A DNA stretch of 64,000 bases from Monocercomonoides exilis PA203. Taxonomy: Eukaryota; Protista; Preaxostyla. The translations under genes were made by a program, and so were the position numbers. Of the stretch, positions 22,501 through 32,800 are shown one piece after another. The number at the start of each line of letters is the position of its first letter. Position 1 is the first letter of the stretch. The stretch spans positions 558,001 through 622,000 of the forward strand of contig LSRY02000035.1 of the NCBI GenBank assembly GCA_001643675.2, given 5' to 3'. Under the pieces are notes generated by a model. It did no database searches, had not been told where the DNA came from, and was given only the letters and a program-made list of their open reading frames with translations.

Positions 22501-24732
22501 TCGAACTGTTCATTTGGAAAGTGTTTGAGCTCAAAGGAGAAAGGATCGATTGTGTCGGTGAGCAATTGTGCTAATGTGAGGTTTGATCTGTGCAGATTCT
22601 CTGGAGATTTGGAGGAAGAAGCAAGAGAAGAAAGGGGAAAAAATGGCAAAAAGGAAGAGATCTGCAAATGGAATGGGTCAGTTGTGGATGTTCAATCAAG
22701 CAATGTTCGGATGAAAGATACAACAATCAGCAACTCGAAGAAAGGGGGGCTTTCGTTGTCAGGTGGAAGTGTTGTTGTTGAGAAGGGAGAATTCGAGAAC
22801 AATAATCCATCGGTTGAGAGATATCCATCAATTCGAAGGAATGTAATCTGTTCAGATTCTGGAACATTGAATGTTGTGAATGTGAAAGGAGGAGATGGAA
22901 TAGAGAAAAACACATCGCTTTGGATATTGGATGAAGGATGTCAATTTGGAGGGATAGCAGCTGAAAGAGCATCTCCCTTCTTTATTCCAATTCTTGAAGA
23001 TGTGAAGAACGCAACCCATCCATCAGGTGAATTGGACTTGATCATTCATGGGAAGCTGCTTCTGCCCTGTGATTTGTCGGTGAAGGTAAGCATGAAAAAT
23101 GGAGATGAAGAGGAAATCGTGAGAAAGGGGATTGATGAAGAAGGTTATGTGTCAGAGAATGAGATCCATTCAATTATTTCATCTTCAGAATTGGAGAAAG
23201 TGAGAGACGAGACAGAAGTGAGTGTGTGGATTGTGTTTGGAAAAGTTGATTCTCCTTCATCAACTGATTCTTTCATTCTGAAGAACAGGAGTGAATCCAA
23301 AACAAGTGGAGATGAAAGGATTGCTGAAGGAGGAAAGAAAGAAAGATCAATATGGGCAATAATTGTGATCGTGCTTGTTGTGATTTTGTTGATTGTTCTG
23401 ATTGTTTCAATCATTGTTACAATAAGATGGAGAAAACAAAAGAGAAGAGCAGAGGAACTTGAAGTGATTGTGGAAGACAATATCAAAAAGGATCCAAAGC
23501 TGATTGAGATGATGACGATGGAGATGTCGCCTGAGGAACAATGGCGAAGAGCAGAAAGAGATGCAGAGAAGAAGAATGAAGAAAAGATTAAGAAGAGAGT
23601 GTATGCGAAAAGCCTTGGACATTCGGAGTCATCTGAGCATCTTCTGTCTGAGAGTGGCTCAACAGAATACATTTTGGGGAAAGACTCAGACAAGATTCCT
23701 GAGTGGATACTGGAGAAGGTGGACGAGAAGGAGGAGGAAGAAGAGACAAGAAAGAGAACACCATCACCATCCATTTCATCCACTTCAACAACTTCAACAA
23801 CTGATTCAGATTCAACATTTGTTAGAGGGGAGGATCTGTGTCCAACCACCTCATCGATGTCGAATCTGGTGGATGCCATGGCATGCTCGTCTCCTCATGA
23901 GAAATTGATTGTGGATCTGAGGGATTCGCTGTTCATGTTGTTGCATGGAAGGAATGAGAAAAAAGAAATGGTGATTGGGAGTCTTCGACAAAGAGAGCAG
24001 ACAGCTGCTCAAATCCTGTTCTGGGTGGCGAATCTTGCGCTCCACTCGTTTGATGAAATGAACAATCCTCTTTCTTCCCTTGCCAACCTCAGTCCTCACG
24101 TTGTTCTCTTCTCAGAACACATGGTGATCTGCATTGTGATGCATTCAGACTTATTGTCAGATGATGATTCAGATTCATCATCCATCTCCTCATCAACAGT
24201 TGTGACTTCTGCAAGTGATGATGATGATAGTGACTCTCTGCCTTCTTCGGCTTTTGAGGATGAAGATAGTTTTAAAAAAGAGTGCTTGAGGTGGAAGGCA
24301 CCAGAGTTGCAGATCAACAAGAAGAGGGGAGCAACAAAGGAATCAGTTGCCTTTTCGATTGGAATGATGCTGTGGGAGTGCTTGACACTGGAAATCCCAT
24401 TTGGAGAATACGAGGCAGAGGTGGCAGGGCAGAAGATTGTGAATGGCGAAAGGCCAGACACAAAAAAGACAGAGGAATCGTCTTTTGGAGAAATAGTCAA
24501 GATGTGTCTCGTGCAGCCATCTGCAGGCAGGCCTTGTTTGGGAGATCTGAAAAGAGAGTTCATCCAGCACTTCCCTGCAAGTGCTGTTGTGCTCACCATG
24601 TCTGATGCTCTTTTCACCTGCAACGCTGAGAGCTGTGACAAAAAAGGCAGCAAAGTTAACAACAGTAATATCAGCAAAAGCAAAAGCAGAAATAGAAGCA
24701 GTGAATCAGATGTCAACATTGGCAGCGTGTGA
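16567..24732 (+). CDS. Large receptor-like membrane protein with degenerate TK/TKL-like C-terminal domain (2721 aa, intronless)
   Basis: N-terminal signal-like hydrophobic stretch, GGAI/GGG-containing beta-helix-like repeats, repeated CG...PC modules, TM helix at ~23350-23420, and a cytoplasmic region near-identical to the gene at 3..8723. Confidence 0.85.
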   Translation: MSFLLFIVWIALLYSFEIIDEHEINDLKFNADSQNVHIMNQGLLFNVLDETIGKRDFQGVNTKNNTNEDKTACIDVKAKRSIQQQVECFAKEKSSVSNDMDYHLVNDKSQLKIIRDSKSVFHNPRSTVMTMVNFGNSSCEMKYLMLIKEKRRSVIIINDLSTVFIHCCSIHQREALSDYLFTLNEGHLILSNTSYLSAEFAEIIEPFVGCDKMSSEKMKKDLKIIDSDFSSFSLGRSTSLLASTDIWKISVFNCHFSNISQSARIQNNQSSIGNSKNDYRFEGCFVEKVESPLGGGLVEGMRSEYNHFLALNSSYSQCVRRDNADPVIGNKTMKRQAISSGDATFVDCDFNNLSTENSSNTNGGAILFSSSGILNVTLCKFHSCHSSYCGGAISSRQSGKNFAVTSSKFDSCTAEASGGCIDFYYVSTVSMKSMNCSNSSTKHVGGGIFFDHNEYQGLVENCHFYCCRKNTTQYNGGGDVGFYRNGTAILSDCSFCGGYSEKNGAGVGWLEMTGISDSQIKFCFFSNNTAVNLGHDVYVAEGWTNINENSFVYCRSSTSASSNRVVKGETGYDNWVPKIFFNPVFVNSMEGLDHMACGFVRAGDEYGRRCKTIEFGMSVLDGDRSSNEVIIEFGDYEENKIDVGKMRIAFEGKDKAQVVVFNRSPNGESLVAIGTGEGSFRKITFVCGENPSSHLMEVLAEEGMLKLVECVITALNNEEGCVFTASLMIVQKGSVSFDSVEINGISFSSVPAFEIRGESSLSFQMNNVDAHGISRASGDGSVICGNLVNGMNVNISGGMMRNCECEDGCGGGMWIQLDECSKMEIGNVSSEGADDNVDCVTFSSCSCVGKGNGVGRYGGAIYLDVVDEGCAFCIHCARFENCQAEKGNNIFVNAKCLRDVVNHITFRFECEGMIDSDLLGFEDGCREECVPLLPFLMEAGDVGFVGGEKSLDFSRCGMEQYPCSSINKVVELWYGAVPRTIRIKNGFVLCEEVVMESQFWNVTGTIGDTAVEVVVPPAALFDSECVIRVSSEALLKDMCFSLPSALSPASSFILSSSNALSVSDCSIEPAIGNSLNEIEFCVFQIDGGVLHMTGFSNKGSLNTLSDPIIRCGGECSAVFSNCVLTGISRRNGGGSCLERICEESESESESGDASVAVVIVVSGCTFSECCVEEKDECGGGMKISINKDEEVVINGSTTFDGCKSENETDSNGRGGGVMISVGSGGSLKMKEVKFEGCEVPSGESDEVGRGMGGGMFVELPNELGTFILEGMIFEGCKAWKGNNVFVSGWNLREIVNKEHLKWEMSDEELRSLDELCGWERKTTGEGYVIPLVVYLWSNWSEIGYVSKEKGGDFSGCGYSEAPCSSINHLISLRYGTLGGSESHVIIVDLVLLQNSLRLIQTDSDTPKISIEGEENGTVLRIEEEKEIDGENGEAMVASEVILSFVNVSFSLPNVLVHYLAFLKSSSMNGALSVKSCSFVGGDASKVTDFCLVKVDEGSVVIEDCTLKEFHFSQGFVELSSDVKVADVMNLSITNTSISGRSLISLSESALSSASLLKEAKMLIGKKDGDGVILLSINSSSFTSITCNDSRATVLNGGSFDGGMKCCVEKCVMTKCQSEWSEEGGGMKVNLKSRVSELRVSGCSFGMCICSTVKGRGGGLMVDASGLDRVQADTGDALPLGIMIESTRFTMNDALVGKDVFIWCKWIEKQINEKLFSLDFSQDALKSNNSICGSDEEKTDIDLIPLITFYYGQQVFVKAIGRDIRQCGEQTNPCKSISCSVDHIQRGVANIVFIDEEGMIGGECEIGDLSVKSMKKSKATVHFNATIQEIGNEGSMIMFVNECVVEMCVLEFWGLYEANHRSIMKVKNGTTVMRECECLSSTTELVINNIVMAVEGGKLEMDKCAFTRMKLCVPLIEFVGESEATISETNIDCLELEGNMIEVEDRARVEMKEMDIQNITLSRGGSAVHMQNLAKNEVLSNCSFGKCLSSKEKGSIVSVSNCANVRFDLCRFSGDLEEEAREERGKNGKKEEICKWNGSVVDVQSSNVRMKDTTISNSKKGGLSLSGGSVVVEKGEFENNNPSVERYPSIRRNVICSDSGTLNVVNVKGGDGIEKNTSLWILDEGCQFGGIAAERASPFFIPILEDVKNATHPSGELDLIIHGKLLLPCDLSVKVSMKNGDEEEIVRKGIDEEGYVSENEIHSIISSSELEKVRDETEVSVWIVFGKVDSPSSTDSFILKNRSESKTSGDERIAEGGKKERSIWAIIVIVLVVILLIVLIVSIIVTIRWRKQKRRAEELEVIVEDNIKKDPKLIEMMTMEMSPEEQWRRAERDAEKKNEEKIKKRVYAKSLGHSESSEHLLSESGSTEYILGKDSDKIPEWILEKVDEKEEEEETRKRTPSPSISSTSTTSTTDSDSTFVRGEDLCPTTSSMSNLVDAMACSSPHEKLIVDLRDSLFMLLHGRNEKKEMVIGSLRQREQTAAQILFWVANLALHSFDEMNNPLSSLANLSPHVVLFSEHMVICIVMHSDLLSDDDSDSSSISSSTVVTSASDDDDSDSLPSSAFEDEDSFKKECLRWKAPELQINKKRGATKESVAFSIGMMLWECLTLEIPFGEYEAEVAGQKIVNGERPDTKKTEESSFGEIVKMCLVQPSAGRPCLGDLKREFIQHFPASAVVLTMSDALFTCNAESCDKKGSKVNNSNISKSKSRNRSSESDVNIGSV

Positions 24733-24989
24733 AGTCGTTGAGGAACGAATGGAGCTGTGCAAAATAGTTAGCAATGATAAAATAGAATATGGCTGTTATC
24801 TCCAATAAAAAGATATGCGTTTTTGATTTGTTGAAACCTATTTCATCTCTTTTCTGTTTATATTTTGGTATTGCTTCCTTTTTGTGCTTTTTTTTGCATA
24901 TCCATCATCGATATTTTTCTCTCTGAAAATGAGAGTGCTTCCTGATCAAGGAGCATCAAGAATTAAGATGTTGGTCAATGATTCATATT

Positions 24990-26200
24990 AAAGTCATTTT
25001 CTAATAATTTTTCAATTCTATAAAAATCAAGCCAATAAATTCAGGAATAGTCAGAGATGAAGATGTGTTTGTAGTCAACATTGATTAAGGCATTTTTTAA
25101 CAAATAATCTCCATGTATTTGCATTGAGTAACATGCAAACCACATGGAAAAAATTCTCTGGTCTTCGCTTTTATAAGCATCTTGAAAATCTGAACTTGAT
25201 GGCTTTTCAAATCACATCTTTCGTATTGTGCGGAGCATTAAATGGTATTTCCAAATATTTTACTTTGAATGTTTTTCATAATTGATAGAAATCGAAGGCT
25301 GCTGGAGACATGGAAGTAAAAGTTAGATGATTGAATGGAATTGATCCGAGCTTCGAAGGCTTGTGGGAATAGTTCTTTAATTCAACTCCAAATTTCAACG
25401 ACACATCGGCGGATGCGAGTAACAAAATTTAAATTTTCAATCAAAGAAAGAAATTCCATTTCAAAGAGAAAAAGTGGATCTTTTTCTTTTGTTATTTGTT
25501 GATTCCTTTTCTCAAAGATTTGTCTGCTTTTATTCTACTTTCAGATTTGTCCAGCAGGCAACTGCCTCTTTGTTAATTGATGTTCCTTGAGAGAATGAAT
25601 TTAGCAGATATCGAGACTGTAAAACGGAAAAGGAAATATTGAATGCACTATCAGACTGTAAAAGATTAAAATTAACCATTAACGTGTCATTTTTCGAGCA
25701 ATGAATTTTTTTAACTTTTCTTCATTTTTTGTGGAAGAAATTTCATGAAAGGCAATCTATTCTTTCAGTAGGCTTCTTCTTCTTCTTCTTCTTCTTTGTT
25801 CATGCCTGTGTCGTTTCAGTTGTAGCTCTTTCTGTGAATTGATTCTGAAATGCATATTTCTTTTCTTCTTCTTTCTCAATTTTCATCAAAGAATATTATT
25901 TCCTCCAATTTATTAACGTTTATATAAGTAGTTAATAGTGCATGTTTTCCATAGGAGTTCAATGCAAATGATAATGTTGCTTTTGTTCGAAATCGTTGCT
26001 GGAAGTAAAAATTATACCACTTCTTCAATAAAAACGAGAAATCTCCAACGATTTGATATAATCATAAAATATAAGCACGTTTCATTTATTGCCTTTGATT
26101 TATCAACATAATCATCTTTTTTGCTTTCAGCCTGTTGCCATGGCTAACTTTCCCTTTTTGTTCGTTGCATTTCCTTTTTTTTCAAATTTGTTATCTTCTG
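24990..26200 (-). pseudogene. Possible decayed gene fragment, product unknown
   Basis: Coding-like patches with scattered stops on the minus strand (e.g. ...ELKNYSHKPSKLGSIPFNHLTFTSMSPAAFDFYQL*KTFKVKYLEIPF...); no ORF >=60 aa and no recognisable family. Confidence 0.25.
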
Positions 26201-26406
26201 AAAATACAATTTTTGCATAAATTTTTGAAAAAAAATATGAAAAGATAATGAATACAAATATGATTTGATAAATATGCTGCATAATTATTCAAGAAAGAAA
26301 AAAAAAGATACAAAATATGCAAATCAATCGCCAAAAGAAAAATACATTTGTACAATTAAAACTACATGCTCAAAAATGCATTTTGTAAATATAATACAGC
26401 AAGCTG

Positions 26407-26720
26407 TTACTTTTTCATGAAGGAATATCCAACAAATGCAACAATAATAACTGTGGCAACTCCAATTATCATTTTTTCCATTTGGCTGAGCATTTCAGGC
26501 GAATGTTCTGTGCATGTGCATCTTTCATTTTGAGGAACGCCAGCTAAACATTGCTCAATATGTTGTCCGCATCCTTTCCAAGTCCTTTGAAAAGAATAAT
26601 TCATTTCTTATAAAAGCAATAATCGAAACAATATCAACCATTTTCGACTAAAAAGATATTAAGAATTTTGTAATAAGTTAAACGTATAAACCATTTCGTG
26701 CATCTAACTTTTTGACACAT
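26407..26720 (-). CDS. Small Cys/His-rich (probably Zn-binding) protein with C-terminal TM anchor, 71 aa, 3 exons
   Basis: Exons 26720-26692, 26647-26639 (9 nt), 26584-26407 give MCQKVRCTKCRKWTWKGCGQHIEQCLAGVPQNERCTC...IIGVATVIIVAFVGYSFMKK. This matches the CxxCxKxTWxGCGxH...CxC pattern of a conserved small uncharacterised family. Confidence 0.8.
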
Positions 26721-26846
26721 GAAAATTTTAATTTTTTCAATTGAATGATCAATACCCAATCTTTTTGGATAAAATAATTATTGTTAACAAAAAAATACTT
26801 AAAATTCATGACATGAACAAGAAAATTGTAACAAATATAATTGTCA

Positions 26847-29800
26847 TTATAAGTCTTCCTCAAAAAGGCAGTGCTTATTAACATAAAAATCACCGCCTTC
26901 ATCTGACCAAGAATCCACATTTCCTTTTTCCTTCAAGCTCATTCCTCTGAGCCTTTCAACGCAAATGTATCCAAACAGGTTTGACTTCTTCTGTTGTTCA
27001 ATTCCAATCTGGCAATCCTTCTGGCTCTCCTTGAAGTGCCTTTGCCAGTCGACGTGAGTGATGTCTGAGAAGAGCTTGTCCATCTGAGCAGTCGAATGCG
27101 ACTCTTCACCGCCTGTGTTGTCTTTCGTGCGCCGCACCTGCTTGATGGAGACGCGAGTGGGTAGCAGGGCGAGGAACGAGTGGAAAGAGGGGAGAAGAGA
27201 GAAGCAGTGCGGGAGTGCTGGGCGCTGGTTGGAGGAGAACGCAGCAAAGGGGGAGGAACTGTGGTTGACTCGATGTGTTTCTGTGCAACAAATGATGTTT
27301 TGTGCTTTTTCTGTTGTTTCATTGCACTTGGACAGCAAATAGCTTTGTTTGCACAATGATGTTGCTTCAGAAGAAGGGTTGTGGGATTCTTTTGTTGTTT
27401 TGTGTTCTCTTTTCACTTCATCAATATTCGCTTCATTCTGCTTCAGAATGTCTCTTCTGGTCAGCCCAAACAGCGACAGTAGCCCATCCACATCGATCCA
27501 CATGGCGCCTGTTGCAACAAAGCGGAGCTTCCATTTCTCTTCCTCACTCAACATGTGCTCGCCAAGAAGGCACAGCATCGCTGAATCAGCTGATGAATGA
27601 GCGCTGTCTGGAAGCTCTGACTGAGATGTGTTTGAAAATGTTTTGCTTTCATTGCATTCTGTTGATGCTTTTCTTTCGCTTTGATTAATTTTGGAGTTGC
27701 CTATCTCACTTTCTATCTCATTCAATTTCTTTCCCTTTCCTCTTTCTCCATTCTCTTCTTCAGCCTCAGTCTCCGTTTCCTCCCCTCCCGCTGTCTCCAC
27801 CCTCCCCAAAAAGCACCCTTTGTCGTCCACTCCTCTCTCCATCACCTCAAAGTCCACCACTCTTCCTCCCTTCCGATGCCTCCCCAGCAGCGCTGGGTCG
27901 CACCACACGCCAATCCCATCCACATTCCACACAAACAGCGTCTTCACCCCCGGCTGCTCAGACAGAATGTGTGTGAGGGTGCCATTGGCGATGAGAGAGG
28001 GCAGCTCGTAGGCGTGTCCCAGGGGCTGCATGCACTGGTCAGGGGTGTTGGAGCGGTAGTCGGCGCAAAGCGGATGGGTGTTGATCCAGTCGAGTGATGA
28101 GACTAGCTGGCGAGATAGGAAAGAGGGGAGTGTGGGCTGAGATGTGGAGGAGGAGGAAGAGGAAGAGGAGGAAGAAGAAGCATGTTCGATTGAAGATAGA
28201 GGAACAATACGCACATTTGAAGATTTGGAAGAATTAGAAGAAGATGATGACGATGATGATGATGAAGTTGAGGGAGAAGGTGCAGAAGAAGAGGAAGAAG
28301 ATGCATGTGGAACAACAGCAACAGGGATTGGCGAGATTTCAGTGTTGAAGTATGTCAAGTAATCTGTTGGCGAAGGAATCAGACGAAGAGTGGCCCAGCA
28401 GTTGTTGGAGATGAGAATGGACAAATTCGAAGAAGAAGACGATGAAGAAGAGGAAGAATGTGAAGCTGGTTGAGAGCCAGTCACCAATTGCGGAAGATGC
28501 TTGGCAGAGCGAGAAGAAGAGAAATGCTGCCAGGGAGACTCAAACGAGATGGGAGCTAAGTCCATCCCACATGACTCAGCAAATCGCTTTGTCTCTCTTT
28601 CGACTGCCTGCTGTGTTCTGTAGCTTGTTGTCACAACATGGAACAATGTGTGGCCTTTGCGCTTGTTTGAGTGTGTGTCTGCTTCTTTGTCGTTTATGCA
28701 ATCTTCACAATCCTTTGCATTTGCACATGAATGTTCTACTACTTCTTCTTCTTCTTCTTTTGCTCTTCCACTTCTTCTTCTTCTTTCTCTCTCTTCCTCG
28801 ATCTTCCTTTCGAGCCACCGTGTCTTCGCCAGCTGTATTTCGAGAAATGATCTGTGTTTGCCTTCCATCTTCGTCACATGGCTGGTTGCCTTCACCACAT
28901 TCTCACTGCCAAATGTCCATTTGCTGCAGACGCGCGAGCAGAACGTCACAAACGCCACTTCTCCATTCAGCAGCGCATCCATCCCGCACTCGAAATCAGA
29001 AGAGACTGAGGCAGAAGAAGGAAGAGGAGAAGATGGAGAGGAGGAAGAAGAAGAAAAGGAAGAAGAAGAAGAAGAATGTTCTGCTACAGTGTTAGATTCT
29101 TGTTCAGTGGATTGCTCTGAAGAAGAAGAAGTTGAAGAATTTTGATTATTTTGTTGTGCATCATCAGATTTTGCTTCAGCGCTTTCACTCCCATTCAGCC
29201 GAGTAAGCGAATATTCGTTGATTTCTGGGCTGTTCATCCAAATGACATCTTCTGAACTCACATTGTCAACAACGAACGATTTCACTGAATTGTTTGACCG
29301 CAAACGAGGTGCAATGATTTCTGGTTGATTGCTTTTTGTGTGCTCATTTGAGCATTTATCTTTTATTGGTGCTTCGAAAAGATGATTTTTATCATTCTCT
29401 CTTATATTCTTCGTCCTTTCTTCTGTTCTTCCTCTTTTGATTTTTTTATTCTTCATCATATTTTCTTGTTCTTTCTCCTCCTTCTCCTTCTCCTTCTCCT
29501 TCTCCTTCTCTCTCTGCATCATCCACCCCAGCTTCCCTTTCCCCACCCCAATTTCTCCGTTCTTCATTCTCTCTCTCAGCTGAATGTGTTCATACGGATT
29601 AAAGCCACGTGACAGAAGACAAGTGCACAACGGGCAAAAAGCAACAGGAAAGCGAGAAATTGAAGAATTGTGCGGAGAAAACGACAAATACGAAGAGGAA
29701 TACGAAGAAGAAGGGGAAGAAGAGGTGGAGGAGCCTGCTGTTTGTGGGAAAGCATCAGGAAAGAGATGGGAGTGAGCACAAGGCGAGCCAACTACCGACG

Positions 29801-32800
29801 AATAGGATGAAGAAGCGACTGGAGATTTGGAATTATAATTGGGGAGAGAAGGTGATAGGTCTGAAATAGCAGAAGAAGAGAAAGAAGAAGACGCGCAAAA
29901 GGGCGGAGAGGCAGAGGAAAGCGAATAAGAGCCATTGGAGTTCCTGTTTTGAGCGGTCTCGTCGACTGGAGTGGAAGCATTGAAGAAGAGAGAAGAGCCA
30001 CAGCTGGACAGATCAGGTGCTGCATTTGGCGAGTGCGGCGGGGTCGATCCAAAAGGCAGCTGAGACGCGCTGCTTTGGAATTCGACTGATGAACTAAGAA
30101 GAAAAGAGGAAGAGGAGGAAGAAGAGGAAGAAGATGATGATGATGAAGAGGAGGAAGAAGGGAAAGAAATAGATGATGTTGCAAGATTAGCTGGAGATAA
30201 GCCAACTGTGGTTGTAGCAGCTGCATCAGCAGGGGACGTACTTTGATGCTCCTGGCTGTTCAGTCCAGTGTCCAGAATGAGCGGCGGAGGTGCCAAAAGC
30301 GACGAAAACGACAAGTCATTCGACAAATTCTGGAAAGATGCTCCAGACGGCGATGGGAACAACGATCTATTTTCTGTCTTGTTCGAACAATCAGCAGAGC
30401 ATTCATTGAAAGGCAGCGAAGAAGAAGAAGATGATGAAGAAGAAGAAGATGATGATGATGATGATGCTGTTGAAGATGCAGCATTTGTGGAGTGTGAATG
30501 AGAAGGATCACAAAGTGTGCGCATAAACAGCTCATTCACAGCTAAGCAATCTTGCTGGCTCGGATTTTCGCAGCGGAGCAGGCGGCAGAGGGGACAAGAG
30601 GGAGACTCTGGCGATGAGGCAAGGGAAGTAAAGCGTTTGAGGACAGAGGAAGAGAGAGAGCGAGAGTAAGGAGTGAGTGAGCGGGTGATGGGAGACATGG
30701 AAGAGGCGAAAGGGTCGGGTGCTGTGCCAATCGTCATTAGAGGGGTGGACGGGGTGGATGGAGAGGAAGGAGAGGAAGATGTGGTGAGCAATGTGTTGTA
30801 TGAGGGGAAGCCTTTTGTGCTGAGCATTGGAGAGTAGCTGCACGGAAGATGCATATTTGCAGCAGAAATGAGCTGGGTATTTTCGGTGGAATTGGCCGAA
30901 GTGGTTGAATTGACTGAATTGTACTCAGTTTGATCAGAAGCCAAGTGAGCAGTTGAAGCATTAGCCTTGTTTTCAATCAACTCCTCTTTATTCCCTGTTC
31001 TAATTGAACATTCAATTCCAACATTACTCTTTTCTTCCTCTTTGTTGCATTCACTCCTGTTCTTTTTCTGTTCATCATCAACTCCATAAACAGACTTATC
31101 AGTGCTAGCTAAATCTTCACCTTTATCCGACAGCAGCAGCCCAACAGACCCTGTTTTGTTGATCTCCACCTGATACACAACTGGATCAATCACAAAATGA
31201 AGATTGTCACACAGCTGTTTTTTGCACTCCATCAGCAGCTTCTGCACAAACTCCTCGCAGCTCATCACAACATCCCCTTCACTCAGCTCATACCAGACAG
31301 TTGCGTCGCTCTGCCCTCTTGTTTCTGCCCCTGTCTTGCTGCATGTTGCAATCCAGCGTGCGAAGAAGGGGCAAACGGATGTTGTTTGTTTCCCTTCTTT
31401 TTGTGTTGTAAGAGGTTGGATTTGTAACTGTTCAATTGCAATTTCTTTTCTTCCTTCCTTTTCTGTCTTCTTCTCCTTCTCCTTCTTCTTCCTCCATTCT
31501 TCTCTCTCTCTTCTCCTGCACTCCCTCGTCACATCCTCCATCCACTTGTCATTCCACACCCACCTCCTTCTCTTCACAGCCGGATCCACAAAAATGCCCA
31601 TCCCTCCCCCCGACGACGAGCCCAGCACCCACATCCCCCAGAACAGTTTGTCAAACACCAGCGCCATGAGCGACTGAACACGCTCAGTGAACGCGTTGTT
31701 GGCTGCAGGAATGACAGGCAGCAGCAGCTCAAAGAAATGCGCCTGGAGCAGCGCAGCCAGCTGTCGGATTTGGCCTTCTGCCAAAAGAGCGACCAGACGA
31801 GGAAAAAGAGACACGCTCTGCAGTCGGCACAGCCAGCGCCGTTGAGTGCGGAGGAGGTAGTGCGACGAGACGAGAGAGAGAATGGCTCCGATGTCGCTGC
31901 TCATTCCACCGTGGAAGAGGATGAGCGAGGAGAGAAGGAGATTTAAAGATGACTGGGGGATGAGGGGAAGGCTGGAGGGAGAGGAAATAACTGAAGAGGA
32001 TGAAGGAATTGGATCTGGGGAAGATGAACTGATGGCTAATTCAATATCGGTCGTATGTATTTCTTGTGGGTTCTCTCTCAATTCTTCTTTGCATTTTTCA
32101 TTTTCCTTCTTTTTCCCTTTTTCTCTCTTCTCCTGCTGCTCCTCGTCCAGCACCATGCACATTGGCAGCAGTGCTCCTTCGCTAATTCCCCATTCTGGAT
32201 CGTCTGCAGCTGCCTCCTTTCCCACCATCGCCTTCACCGACGGCCACAAACCAGCGCTGTCCTGCCACCCACCGCCGTTTCCTCCAATCCACTCGCCCAG
32301 AATCACACGCGACGCAATCATCCGCCGCTCGCTTGGCATCAAAGGCCCAGTGAGCGAAGGGATATCCTGAGGAAGAGGAGGAGAAGAGGGAGAAGGAGAA
32401 GGAGAAGAATGAGTTGAATTTGATTCTGACTTCTTTGTTGCGTTCTTGTCATCTCCTTTATTATCACTCTCATTTTTCACATTTGTATCCTTTTCTTCCT
32501 TTTCTTCCTTTTCTTCCTCTTTCTCCTCTCTTTTCGCATTCCCCATCTTTTCTCTCTCTTCTCCATTCAGCTGCTGTGTGGCACGTGTGCACAGCGCAAT
32601 CAGCGACGCCAGCAGAGAAGTAGAAACAGCCATACGCGATCCTTTTGGAATGTCCTGCACATAACTCGTAAGACGCAGCCCTGTGTTTTCCTTTCCGGTC
32701 AGCTGGAACAGGAGATGCTGAAGAAGCTCGCGGGAGGAGACAGAATGATTTAAGGATGAAGAAGAAGAAGAAGAAGAAGGCAATGATGATGACGACGACG

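Noticed and set aside
1060-24719. Many antisense ORFs up to ~380 aa over the receptor-like genes
   Set aside because: Shadows of GA-rich codon bias; they translate to S/P/F/L-rich sequence with no motifs.
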